DNA of 64,000 nt from Patescibacteria group bacterium (GTDB lineage: Bacteria; Patescibacteriota; Microgenomatia; CAYGWK01): assembly GCA_049322615.1 (NCBI GenBank), contig JBMORX010000002.1, forward strand, positions 11,171 through 75,170, read 5' to 3'. The stretch's first letter is position 1. Every line of letters starts with the position of its first letter. Below, piece by piece: positions 48,471 to 57,305 of the stretch. Both the position numbers and the translations under genes were made by a program. The notes beneath the pieces were generated by a model that searched no databases, was not told where the DNA came from, and saw only the letters and a list, made by a program, of their open reading frames with translations.

Positions 48471-49007
48471 AGTGGGGATGAGGGTGAGAAGTGGGAAGTG
48501 AGTCGGGAGGTGAGAAGTGAGGGTGAGTTATTTCTTGAAATTAGTCCAGCTTTCTCCGAGTCGATAAAGCTGTTTTCCAGAAATATCATACATTTCGATT
48601 AAATAATCACAGAGTTTTGGATCAACCAAATGAGAGTAGAGATCTTTGATTAAAGATAGATGGGTAATCATTTCATTGCGTTCACCTAGAGCATCTTCTA
48701 AATATTTTTTCCAGGCTCTTTTCTGATGCTTCTTTGCGTATCCTTCGGCAATAATCGCCAGTGGTGCCATACAAGCCCGTCGCCCCTGCTCTTTTAAATT
48801 GTATTTTTCTTCTTCTGGAAGTTTAGGGAGAATTTCTTTAAGAAAAATAATGGCAGCCTTATAGAGAGTTTTGTAAACATCCAAATCTTTGAAGCTTCTA
48901 ATAGGATTTGTGCTCATTTTTATTTATATCTTACTTCTCACATCTCACTTCTTAACCCACTTCTCACATCTCACCCTCACCCTCACCCTCATCCTCATCC
49001 CCCCACT
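48471..49007 (-). mobile_element. Cassette 1: four-helix-bundle gene between inverted GTGAGAA-type 7-mer arms
   Basis: Left arm 48471-48527 is purine-rich and right arm ~48930-49007 is its approximate reverse complement. The arms abut the uppS and pilin stop codons. Confidence 0.7.
48528..48917 (-). CDS. Four helix bundle protein (23S rRNA IVS protein/Avd-like family)
   Basis: SFKDLDVY, LP.EEKY.L..Q.RRA......IAEG......++L..A.G...E...L. Confidence 0.88.
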   Translation of the reverse strand: MSTNPIRSFKDLDVYKTLYKAAIIFLKEILPKLPEEEKYNLKEQGRRACMAPLAIIAEGYAKKHQKRAWKKYLEDALGERNEMITHLSLIKDLYSHLVDPKLCDYLIEMYDISGKQLYRLGESWTNFKK

Positions 49008-49331
49008 CTAAAAGATTTTAGGTAGTCCGAAAACCACCTGTAAAACCTGCACCAGCAGAAAGGAGGTAAAAATTATCAAAAAGCCAATCACCGCTCCGGT
49101 TATTTTGCCTTTGGCTGACTCTACTGCCTTTGGGTCACCCCTTGAAGTCATTAGTTGAAATCCACCCAGGATTAGATAGGCTAGAAGTCCCAGTCCGGCA
49201 AGAACAAGAATGTAGGGAAGAAGAGCGGAGACGATATCACCAATCTTAAGATCGCCCTTTGCTGGTAGCGATCCTGAAGGAAAGGCTTGTCGAAGTTCGT
49301 CAAAATTAATTGCTTGAGCCAAAAGTTCCAT
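49008..49331 (-). CDS. TrbC/VirB2-like pilin
   Basis: GGFQLMTSRGDPK.VE.AK.KIT.AVIG. Confidence 0.85.
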   Translation of the reverse strand: MELLAQAINFDELRQAFPSGSLPAKGDLKIGDIVSALLPYILVLAGLGLLAYLILGGFQLMTSRGDPKAVESAKGKITGAVIGFLIIFTSFLLVQVLQVVFGLPKIF

Positions 49332-49334
49332 TTC

Positions 49335-49798
49335 AAGTTAAAAATTAAAAGTCAAAAGTCCAAAGTTTCAATTTAGAGTCTAAAATATTATTTACCCTTT
49401 AATGTTTTTACGCTAGAACCAATAATATTTGAAATCTCCATTAGTTCACCTAACAGCGAATTAATTTTCTCTTTATCTCCTTTGCCCGTGTCTCTTAAAA
49501 GAGCCAGCCAAAATTTTGACTCGTTCGCTGATTTTAAAACATGGGTTAAGAAGTTAGTAAAATCTCTTTTTGAGCTACCAGCAATTGCCTCTACATAATT
49601 GGCGCCAATGCTTGTTCCGCTTCTTAGTAGCTGGTCTATGGCAATTCTGCAGAGAGGGTCATTTTTAGGAAGAGTTTCTGTAAACTTGATAAGCTCGATT
49701 ATAAATCTGTATATCCGCCTTTTGAGTGCTTCGCTGAAAGCTTTGTTATCTTTTCTCATATTTTAATTTTTAATTTTTGACTTTAGACTTTTAACTAT
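49335..49798 (-). mobile_element. Cassette 2: four-helix-bundle gene between inverted AT-rich 7-mer arms
   Basis: aagttaaaaattaaaagtcaaaagtccaaag ... ttttaatttttaatttttgactttagacttttaact. Confidence 0.65.
49388..49759 (-). CDS. Four helix bundle protein
   Basis: QLLRSGTSIGANY.EA..GSS.RDF......LKSANES.FWL.LL. Confidence 0.92.
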   Translation of the reverse strand: MRKDNKAFSEALKRRIYRFIIELIKFTETLPKNDPLCRIAIDQLLRSGTSIGANYVEAIAGSSKRDFTNFLTHVLKSANESKFWLALLRDTGKGDKEKINSLLGELMEISNIIGSSVKTLKGK

Positions 49799-50311
49799 TT
49801 AAAATCCTGGAATCTCTAAAATTTTCACTCCTATTAATTGTAGCAGAAAAACGGAAAAAATAATCATCAAAAGCCCCATTAGGGCAGAGGTAATTAGTTC
49901 TTTTCCGGCTTTAAGTCTATCCGGGTCTCCGCTTGATGTCATAATCTGAAAAGCGCCTAAAAGCATTAAAAGAAAAGCAATTCCGCCGCCAATGCCAATG
50001 GCTAATTTTAAAAACCAAGTCACAAAAGCCGTTGGATTACTAACATCAACACAGCCGACGGCGGTTTCAATTCCACCAGGGCAAGCGCTGCTCGGTGGGG
50101 GAGGTGGAGGTTGTGGAGTAGGGGCCGAGCTGCACTCTGATTGGGTGTCGCAGCAATAATGACTAGGGGGAAGCACTAATTGGCAATCAACAGGTCTATA
50201 GCACATTCCTCCTGCAGGGTCTCTGGTCTCATCACAGGTAGCCTGGGCGATTTGGGAGAACAAGAGTCCGATGACAAAAAGAAAGAGACTTGCAACAAGA
50301 ACTTTTTTCAT
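49799..50311 (-). CDS. TrbC/VirB2-like pilin with a Cys/Pro-rich N-terminal extension
   Basis: GIETAVGC, GAFQIMTSSGDPD.LK.GKELITSA..GL. Start set at MKKVLV. Confidence 0.85.
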   Translation of the reverse strand: MKKVLVASLFLFVIGLLFSQIAQATCDETRDPAGGMCYRPVDCQLVLPPSHYCCDTQSECSSAPTPQPPPPPPSSACPGGIETAVGCVDVSNPTAFVTWFLKLAIGIGGGIAFLLMLLGAFQIMTSSGDPDRLKAGKELITSALMGLLMIIFSVFLLQLIGVKILEIPGF

Positions 50312-50334
50312 TATTTTCAGTCTAGCACACATCA

Positions 50335-50383
50335 AGGGCGAAGTGCAAAGGGCGAAGTGAAAAGGGCGAAGTGGGAAGTAGTA
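50335..50383. repeat. 7-mer tandem array (AAGGGCG/AAGTGNN)
   Basis: aagggcg aagtgca aagggcg aagtgaa aagggcg aagtggg. The same family is in frame at ~3236-3272, ~18202-18236 and ~56909-56944. Confidence 0.7.
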
Positions 50384-50406
50384 TTCATGATATAATTTTA
50401 AGTAAG

Positions 50407-52116
50407 ATGAGAGCAAAAACCTGGGCTATTCTTTTTCTTCTTTCTTCTTTCTTCTTTCTTTTCACTCCTGTCTTCGCCGAGTGTCCTCCAACTGACTATG
50501 ATTGTCAAATTGCCCAGCTTCAAAAAGAATACGATGCCAGACGAGAGGCTCATGAGAAAAATAAGATTTCCCTTTCCGAATATGAAAAAGAGCTAACTAA
50601 TATCAATAAAAAACTAGCCTCAATTGAGATAAAACTTAAAAATTTAGAATTAGAGATTAAAGAAAGGGAAGTAGATTTGGCTTTTCAAGGAGAACTTTTG
50701 GCCGTTCGGGTGAGAAGTTTTTATATTAAAAGTCGCCAGTTTTCCCCAATTTTAGTTTTGCTTTCTTCTCGTTCAGCCCAAGAGTTGAGGCGAGAATTAG
50801 CGTTTCGTCAGCAAGCAGTTAACTTCGACCGGAAAGTCATTACTCAAGTTTCTTTGGATTTGGCGTCTTTAAATCAGGACAAAAAAACTTTGATGAAATC
50901 AAAATCTTCACTTTCTTCCTTAAAGAAACAGGTTGATGAGCAAGTTAAATTTTATCGAGGTGAGGTTGAGAAAACTGAAGCCTTTTTTGCCCAGATTTTA
51001 GCTAAACAACAAGAACTTCAGGCTCTAAAAGCCGGTGGTTTTGCTACTTCGGTTGGAGAAGTTCCGCCGGCTGACGATCCTGCTTCCCGACCAGACTTCA
51101 ATCCTGGTTTTTCGCCGGCTTTTGCTGCTTTTTCTTTTGGCGCTCCCCATCGAAAAGGAATGAGTCAATATGGGGCTTTCGGTCGGGCAAAAGCCGGACA
51201 AAACGCAGAAGAAATTCTTCGGGCTTATTACGGTGATGTTCGGATTGAAACCCGAGAGTCTCCATCAACCATTTCAACCGCTGTTGGGACTTTACCTTTT
51301 GAGGATAATTATATGAAGGGGATTGCCGAGATGCCTTCTTCTTGGGCAGATGAAGGAGGTTACGAGGCTTTGAAAGCCCAGGCAATTGCCGCCCGAACTT
51401 ATGCTTTAACCGCCGGAAAACCAATTTGCATAACCGAAGCTTGTCAAGTTTATTCTTCAACAAAAGTGGTTAATCCGGCCGCTTCCCGTTGGCATCAGGC
51501 AGTTTCCGAGACCAGAAATAAAGTTATTGTTTCAAACTCAACCGGAAATCTGATCTCTTCTTGGTATGCCTCAACTTCCGGAGGCTATATTTTTTCTTAT
51601 TCTTCCCTCGGTCATTCAACTCCCGGGTTTTGGGATACCTCCCGGGGTCGGGATGGCTGGACCGATGAGAGTTGGGAGAAAAAAGCCGGCTCTCCTTGGT
51701 TTTACAAAGCCTGGTATCGGAAACGTTCGGGTGATGCCTGCGGAAGGTCTCACCCCTGGCTGACTCAAGAAGAATTTGCTGATATTTTAAACAGCCTTTT
51801 GATTTACAAAGGCAATCCCGGTGATGTTTCTCATCTTTCTTCACTTGATGCCAAGTCTTGCTTTGGTAAAGAAATTTCCGAGACCTGGGATATGGGAAAA
51901 GTTCGGGAAGAAGCAGGAAAATACGGCGGTTCAATTTCAAGAATTGATTCAGTTTCCGTTGTCTATTCAAATGATGGCTATACCCAAACTGTTTCTTTTG
52001 GAACCAATATCGGAACAAAAAGTTTTTCTGGGGAGGATTTTAAGTATATCTTTAACTTAAGAGTTCCGGCAGCCATTGGTTTAAAGTCCAGTCTTTTTAA
52101 CCTAATGAAAAAATGA
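50407..52116 (+). CDS. Secreted coiled-coil plus SpoIID/LytB domain protein
   Basis: H..GMSQYGA.GRA..G...EEIL..YY, EALKAQAIAARTYA, CQVY. Confidence 0.85.
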   Translation: MRAKTWAILFLLSSFFFLFTPVFAECPPTDYDCQIAQLQKEYDARREAHEKNKISLSEYEKELTNINKKLASIEIKLKNLELEIKEREVDLAFQGELLAVRVRSFYIKSRQFSPILVLLSSRSAQELRRELAFRQQAVNFDRKVITQVSLDLASLNQDKKTLMKSKSSLSSLKKQVDEQVKFYRGEVEKTEAFFAQILAKQQELQALKAGGFATSVGEVPPADDPASRPDFNPGFSPAFAAFSFGAPHRKGMSQYGAFGRAKAGQNAEEILRAYYGDVRIETRESPSTISTAVGTLPFEDNYMKGIAEMPSSWADEGGYEALKAQAIAARTYALTAGKPICITEACQVYSSTKVVNPAASRWHQAVSETRNKVIVSNSTGNLISSWYASTSGGYIFSYSSLGHSTPGFWDTSRGRDGWTDESWEKKAGSPWFYKAWYRKRSGDACGRSHPWLTQEEFADILNSLLIYKGNPGDVSHLSSLDAKSCFGKEISETWDMGKVREEAGKYGGSISRIDSVSVVYSNDGYTQTVSFGTNIGTKSFSGEDFKYIFNLRVPAAIGLKSSLFNLMKK

Positions 52117-52267
52117 TAAAATAAATTTGTTGCTGCGCAATAAAATAATAAAAATAGTAGATTGAAAATAGTAAATAGTAAAAAGACATTTTAAATTTAA
52201 AATTTTCAATGTAAATTTGCAATTTACTATTTAATTTTTACTATTGAGCGACTGAAAGGAGCGATTC

Positions 52268-52897
52268 ATGCCAGATATCTACGTCGCCAAAAAAGAGCAG
52301 GAGAGTGAAAGAGTAAAAGAGCAAGAGGAAAAACAGATAACAAATCCCCTTTCTGCCTTTGTTCAAAACCCGGTGGGAGTCCGTTTTGAAACCCAGGAAG
52401 AAGAGGAAAAAATCATTCTTTTGCTCCGCAAGCACTGGATAACCAATGTTCCTTGGATAATCTTGGCAATTATTTTGCTTGCGGCTCCTTTAGTTCTTCC
52501 TTATTTTCCCCTGCTTACTTTTCTGCCTGTTCGTTATCAGCTCATGGCAGTTATTTTGTGGTATCTTTTGGTGACCGCTTTTGTCTTTGAGCAATTTTTA
52601 ACCTGGTTTTTTAATGTTTATATTGTGACCGATGAGAGGGTTGTTGACGTTGATTTCTATAATTTGGTTTATAAACAGATAACCGAGGCGAAAATCGACA
52701 GAATTCAGGATATAACCTTGCGTTTAGGGGGAGTGGTGAGAGCTCTTTTTAACTTTGGTGATGTTTTAATTCAGACTGCCGGGGCTGAGCCAAATCTTGA
52801 GTTTGAGGCAGTGCCCAACCCCGATCAGGTGGTGAAAATCCTCCAGGGATTAAGAACAGAGGAGGAAGTCGAAGCTCTGGAAGGAAGGGTGAGATAA
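52268..52897 (+). CDS. Membrane protein with bacterial PH domain
   Basis: LLRKHW, YIVTDERVVD, IQDIT, NFGDV.IQTAG, F..VP.P. Confidence 0.8.
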   Translation: MPDIYVAKKEQESERVKEQEEKQITNPLSAFVQNPVGVRFETQEEEEKIILLLRKHWITNVPWIILAIILLAAPLVLPYFPLLTFLPVRYQLMAVILWYLLVTAFVFEQFLTWFFNVYIVTDERVVDVDFYNLVYKQITEAKIDRIQDITLRLGGVVRALFNFGDVLIQTAGAEPNLEFEAVPNPDQVVKILQGLRTEEEVEALEGRVR

Positions 52898-52903
52898 ATA
52901 AAA

Positions 52904-53143
52904 ATGCCACCAATCGATAATTTAATTAGCTTTATCCTTTCGGTTTCTATTTGGTCAGTGGCGAAAATTTTAGTTTGTTTTGCCATCCTTATATATGTTG
53001 TTTTTGCCATCGTTGTTGTTCGTCAGGTTTCCCTCATGACCGAAACCCTAAATGGTCAGCTCGAATTGCCTTTAAAGGTAATATCGACGATTCATTTGCT
53101 TGGGGCGATTCTTGTTTTTCTTCTGGCTTTAATTATTCTTTAA
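52904..53143 (+). CDS. Small membrane protein (DUF5657-like)
   Basis: Y..FA.VVVRQV.LM..TL. Confidence 0.65.
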   Translation: MPPIDNLISFILSVSIWSVAKILVCFAILIYVVFAIVVVRQVSLMTETLNGQLELPLKVISTIHLLGAILVFLLALIIL

Positions 53144-53144
53144 A

Positions 53145-54992
53145 ATGAAAGACTACATTGTCCGGGTTGCCAAGATTGTTGGTAGCCCAGCGCCAAATTT
53201 TTGGTCTCAAGTTCATACTTTCTTTCCCGAAGATCAAAAAAAGAGAAACTTAAGAGGAATTTTTCTTGGGGTTTTGTCTTTTTCCGGGAAAGGCGAGGGG
53301 GTTGAAGCAGTAAGCGTCGGCAGGGAAATTTTATCCCGACTTCACGAAGAGTACTATGGAGAACTGGAAACTCCGGCAATGGAAAAACTCAAGCAGGCAG
53401 TTTCAAAAGTTGTCAGTGAATTCTCCAGGCCCGGGGAAGGACAAAGTCTTAAGGTGGTCGCCGGGGTGGTCTTGGGAGATGTTTTATATCTTACTTCTTC
53501 TGGTTTGGGTCAGGCTTGGATTAAAAGAGGAGGTTTAATGCAAATGGTTTTGGAGAGTTCAGAAAGTGAGGTAGAGACTGCCAGCGGTTTTTTGGAAGAA
53601 GGTGATTTTATCGTTTTGGGAACAAATTCTTTTTTTGACCTTCTTCCCCAAGGAGTTCTTCGAGCAGCCCTGGAAAATGAGACCCCCCAAGAGGCGGTCG
53701 AGGCTTTGGTTCCCGTTATCCATGGAAAAGAAGAGGCATCTTCGGCTTGTGCTCTTGTCGGTAAGATAGAGGCAAGCCTTGAATTTGCGGCGGTGGAGCC
53801 TGAAAAACACCTAAATTCTTTGTTAGTTTTCCTCAAATCTAAGTTGCCCACTTTCCGTTTAGAAGAAATTCATATTAGAGACAAAAGTCAAGAAATAAAA
53901 AGAAAAAAAGTTATTTTTAGCGTTGCCCTAATTTTAATCTTTCTTTTAGGAATAAGTATCATTTTTGGGGTAGGCAGAAGAGGATCTCGGGAGCGAGAAA
54001 ATCGATTTAACCTTCTTTATTCTGAAGCAAGAAAGGAACTTGAGGAAGGAAAAGCCTTAGTTACCCTTAATCCAACCCAGGCTCGCCAGCTTATTCTTAG
54101 GGCAAAAGAAAAACTTTCCGAAGCAGAAAATTTAAAAATCCAAAGCATAAAAACCCAAGAATTAAAACAAGAAATTGAAAATGCCCTAGGGGCAGTTGTT
54201 AAAGAACATAAGTTTTCCGAATTACCAACTTTTCTTGACCTGGCTCTTTTTAAAGAAGGAGGAAGAGGAGAAAACTTATCTCTTTCTGGAAATTTCTTGT
54301 CTGTTTTGGATCCAAGAGAAAACCGCCTCTTTGGCATAGATATTTCCCGCAAATCAGGAGAGATTTTAGCCGGAGGAGAAGATCTTGCTGGATCAAAACT
54401 TATTACTAGCTATGGAGATTACATTTTTGTCCTAGGCGAGAAGGGCGTCGTTAGGGTGGGAGCAAAAAGCAAAAAGTCTGAAATTGTGGTTAAACCAGAA
54501 GAAAACTTGAGGAATATAAAATCAATGGAGGCTTTTGCTGGGAATTTATACTTGCTTGATCAAGCGGAAATTTGGCGTTATCAGGCTACAGAGGAAGGTT
54601 TTGGTTTGCGGCAGAAATGGTTTGGCGGAAACATCAAACCTGATTTATCTCAAGCAGTTTCTATGGCAATTGATGGTTCGATTTGGCTTTTGCGCCAAGA
54701 TGGAAAAATTCTAAAATTTTCCCAAGGAGCCCCTTCGACTTTTGGCATTGCTGGACTTGATAAACCATTTTCCGAAGCCAGGGTGATTTACACCGACTCT
54801 GAAGCAGAAAATCTTTATATTTTAGATAAGGGAGAAAGTCGGGTGGTGGTTTTAACCAAGGGGGGCGAATACCAAGCCCAATATATCTGGGAAGGAATAA
54901 AAAAAGTGAGCGATATGGTAGTTTCGGAGAGCGAGGGGAGGATATTTCTTCTGGCTGATAATAAACTGTATGCCATTGAAATTAAAAAATAA
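53145..54992 (+). CDS. PP2C-like N-terminal domain, TM helix and beta-propeller (conserved CPR protein)
   Basis: L.EGD.IVLGT, single TM, NLYLLD/IDGSIW/NLYILD blades. Confidence 0.65.
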   Translation: MKDYIVRVAKIVGSPAPNFWSQVHTFFPEDQKKRNLRGIFLGVLSFSGKGEGVEAVSVGREILSRLHEEYYGELETPAMEKLKQAVSKVVSEFSRPGEGQSLKVVAGVVLGDVLYLTSSGLGQAWIKRGGLMQMVLESSESEVETASGFLEEGDFIVLGTNSFFDLLPQGVLRAALENETPQEAVEALVPVIHGKEEASSACALVGKIEASLEFAAVEPEKHLNSLLVFLKSKLPTFRLEEIHIRDKSQEIKRKKVIFSVALILIFLLGISIIFGVGRRGSRERENRFNLLYSEARKELEEGKALVTLNPTQARQLILRAKEKLSEAENLKIQSIKTQELKQEIENALGAVVKEHKFSELPTFLDLALFKEGGRGENLSLSGNFLSVLDPRENRLFGIDISRKSGEILAGGEDLAGSKLITSYGDYIFVLGEKGVVRVGAKSKKSEIVVKPEENLRNIKSMEAFAGNLYLLDQAEIWRYQATEEGFGLRQKWFGGNIKPDLSQAVSMAIDGSIWLLRQDGKILKFSQGAPSTFGIAGLDKPFSEARVIYTDSEAENLYILDKGESRVVVLTKGGEYQAQYIWEGIKKVSDMVVSESEGRIFLLADNKLYAIEIKK

Positions 54993-55085
54993 AAACGAAA
55001 AGAGAAAAATGACAATTAAAAATCCCAAAATTTTTTAATTTTACATTGTAATTTTTAATTTTTATATTTTAATTTTTCATTTTCT
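54985..55085. repeat. Intergenic inverted AT-rich 7-mer repeat
   Basis: aaaaatgacaattaaaaat ... attgtaatttttaatttttatattttaattttt. Confidence 0.55.
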
Positions 55086-55087
55086 TT

Positions 55088-55528
55088 ATGCGTGTTACCA
55101 ATCGTCGGGCTTCTCATGATTACCAACTATTTGAAAAATTTGAGGCCGGAATTGCCCTTTCTGGTCCAGAGGTCAAATCAGTTAGGGAAGGAAAAATTTC
55201 TTTAGAGGGCTCATTTGCCAGAATTGCCGGGGGCGAGGCTTGGCTTTTTAATTGTCATATTCATCCTTATCGCTTTGCTGATACTCGAGATTTGGATCCC
55301 TCAAGACCAAGAAAAATTTTGCTTCATAAAAAGGAAATAATTTCTTTAGAGTCAAAAATGAAGCAAAAAAGATTGACCTTAGTGCCTCTGGCGTGCTATA
55401 CTAAAGGACGGTTGATTAAGATAGAGCTGGCTTTAGGAAAAGGGAAGAAAGAGTTTGAGAAACGGAAAGCAATTAAGGAACGAGATAGACAGAGAGAGCA
55501 AGAGCAAGAGTTAGCTGGTTCCGAATAA
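55088..55528 (+). CDS. smpB: SsrA-binding protein
   Basis: NRRA.HDY, EAGI.L.G.EVKS.R, R.RK.LLHKKEI, GKK..EKR. Confidence 0.96.
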   Translation: MRVTNRRASHDYQLFEKFEAGIALSGPEVKSVREGKISLEGSFARIAGGEAWLFNCHIHPYRFADTRDLDPSRPRKILLHKKEIISLESKMKQKRLTLVPLACYTKGRLIKIELALGKGKKEFEKRKAIKERDRQREQEQELAGSE

Positions 55529-55536
55529 GAGAATGC

Positions 55537-55595
55537 AACCGCAGATGACACAGATTAATTAAGGATTACACGGATTATCTGTGTAATCTGTGGTT
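55537..55595. repeat. 9-mer-based palindrome (CACAGATTA family)
   Basis: aaccgcagatgacacagatta..gattacacggattatctgtgtaatctgtggtt. Confidence 0.65.
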
Positions 55596-55598
55596 CTG

Positions 55599-55954
55599 GG
55601 GGACGCAATAGGTTTCGACGGGAAATTGTTCTTTAAAACAGCAGGTGTCCGTTGATCCCTGAGGACTAAAACAGGGTCAAAAAATAAATGTTAGCAACAG
55701 TAATGTTGCTCCAGTTTATGCTTTAGCATAAACTTGCGTCTGGAAAGTTTTTCTCGACGAAGCTTCCAGGTGTGAACAAAGTCGAGGCGCAACAAATTGG
55801 GTTTGGTTTACCTGATTTGCCAAGCTTAACAAACCTTTGCCTTTGGTTTCCTGTTAGCCGGAAAAGCTAAGGGCGAGATTAAAAGACTAACTAAATCTGT
55901 AGAAGTTTTAAAGGATATTTTTCGGAAGAGGGATCATTCCCCTCCGTCTCCACC
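55599..55954 (+). ncRNA. ssrA: tmRNA
   Basis: 5' GGGGACG..GGTTTCGAC; 3' CGTCTCC-ACC with G3-U70; tag frame (A)VSNSNVAPVYALA*; lies directly after smpB. Confidence 0.92.
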
Positions 55955-56371
55955 GCGTAAAATTCCTCAAGTCGCAAGGCGACTTTCGGAATCACGCGGT
56001 AAACCATTCTAATAATATAAAGATTAGGCGAATTTTACGCCACCGTAAATGATATAATAACCGCGTGTATTATGTTTATATTCTTCAAAGCCTCAAAGAT
56101 GGAAGTCTCTATTTTGGCTACACTCCAGACTTAAAAAATCGTTTAATAAAACACAACTCTGACCAAGTTTTCTCAACCAAAGGCAAAACTCCATTTAGGC
56201 TAATTTATTATGAGGCATATTTTAATAGAAAGGACGCTACTGGCAGAGAGAAATTCTTAAAAAGTGGAGCAGGCTGGCGGTTCATCAAAAAACAACTATT
56301 TCATTATTTCAATGGGTAGTGTTTCGAAATTTCCTTGGCACGTGGTCCGCGAAAGCGGACTTTACGTGCTA
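55952..56371 (+). mobile_element. GIY-YIG gene flanked by two palindromic hairpins, at the tmRNA 3' end
   Basis: Hairpins at 55952-56000 and 56336-56371. Their fused, gene-less form recurs at 8027, 34407 and 58789. Confidence 0.65.
56065..56319 (+). CDS. Small GIY-YIG nuclease family protein
   Basis: YYVYILQS....LY.GYT.DL..RL..HN, A..RE..LK.G.G. Confidence 0.9.
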   Translation: MYYVYILQSLKDGSLYFGYTPDLKNRLIKHNSDQVFSTKGKTPFRLIYYEAYFNRKDATGREKFLKSGAGWRFIKKQLFHYFNG

Positions 56372-57052
56372 GATTTTTTCTTCCCCAAAAAATGTCTTGG
56401 TTGCGGAAAAACTGGCGGATATTTTTGTCCGGAATGTCTAAATTTTGTTTCTTTGGATCCTCAAAGAATTTGTCCGGTTTGTGAAAGACTCTCAATTGGT
56501 GGTCGAACTCATCCTGGTTGTCAAACCCAAACTACTCTTGATGGTTTAACCTCAATTTTTAGTTATAAAGGCATAATTAAAAAAGGGATTAGTAAACTGA
56601 AATATCATTTTGTTTCTGATTTAGCCTCGGATTTGGTCGAAATCTTTTTGGGCCTTTGCGGTGAAGATAAAACTTTTAGCGATTTTTGTTTGGAGAAACA
56701 TCCTTGTTTAGTCCCCATTCCTCTTCATCCAAGAAGAGAAAAATGGCGCGGGTTTAATCAATCAGCCCTTTTAGGAAAAATGATTGCCAAAAATCTTAAT
56801 TTGGATTTTGCTCCAGATTTGATAAAGCGAATTAAAAACACCAAACCCCAAATAAAACTTAAAGAAAAAGAAAGAAAAGAAAACATCAAAGGTGCCTTCA
56901 GAGTTTCTCCCACTTCACACTTCGCTCTTCTCACTTCGCCCTTGATCCTTTTTGACGACGTCTGGACGAGTGGGGCAACCTTAAAAGAAGCGGGAGAAGT
57001 ACTAAAACGCGCAGGAGCCAAAAAGGTTTGGGGATTAACTTTGGCGAGGTAG
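56312..57052 (+). CDS. comF: ComF family protein (double zinc ribbon plus phosphoribosyltransferase-like domain)
   Basis: FP..C..C...C..C, PIPLH..R...RGFNQS, LFDDVWTSGATL. Confidence 0.92.
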   Translation: MGSVSKFPWHVVRESGLYVLDFFFPKKCLGCGKTGGYFCPECLNFVSLDPQRICPVCERLSIGGRTHPGCQTQTTLDGLTSIFSYKGIIKKGISKLKYHFVSDLASDLVEIFLGLCGEDKTFSDFCLEKHPCLVPIPLHPRREKWRGFNQSALLGKMIAKNLNLDFAPDLIKRIKNTKPQIKLKEKERKENIKGAFRVSPTSHFALLTSPLILFDDVWTSGATLKEAGEVLKRAGAKKVWGLTLAR

Positions 57053-57139
57053 CGGTGGGAGAGGGATTCGAACCCCCGTGTCCCTTGCGAGACGCATGGT
57101 TTTCAAGACCAGCCTGTTAAACCGCTCCAGCATCCCACC
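57053..57139 (-). tRNA. tRNA-Ser(TGA)
   Basis: Cloverleaf with long variable arm; anticodon loop CTTGAAA. Confidence 0.93.
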
Positions 57140-57146
57140 AAAAGAG

Positions 57147-57235
57147 CGGAGGGTGTGGGATTCGAACCCACGGACGGTTTGTTGAAACCGTCACGGTTTA
57201 GCAAACCGTTCCTTTAACCACTCAGGCAACCCTCC
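57147..57235 (-). tRNA. tRNA-Ser(GCT)
   Basis: Cloverleaf with long variable arm; loop TTGCTAA. Confidence 0.93.
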
Positions 57236-57305
57236 TGATATCAGCGATTAAAAGTATAACAAATATTGATTTTGAATTCAATGAAAATGTGGTAAAATAT
57301 AGACA

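Noticed and set aside
48528-49759. Diversity-generating retroelement, given the Avd-like proteins
   Set aside because: No reverse transcriptase and no TR/VR pair with adenine-specific differences was seen in the window.
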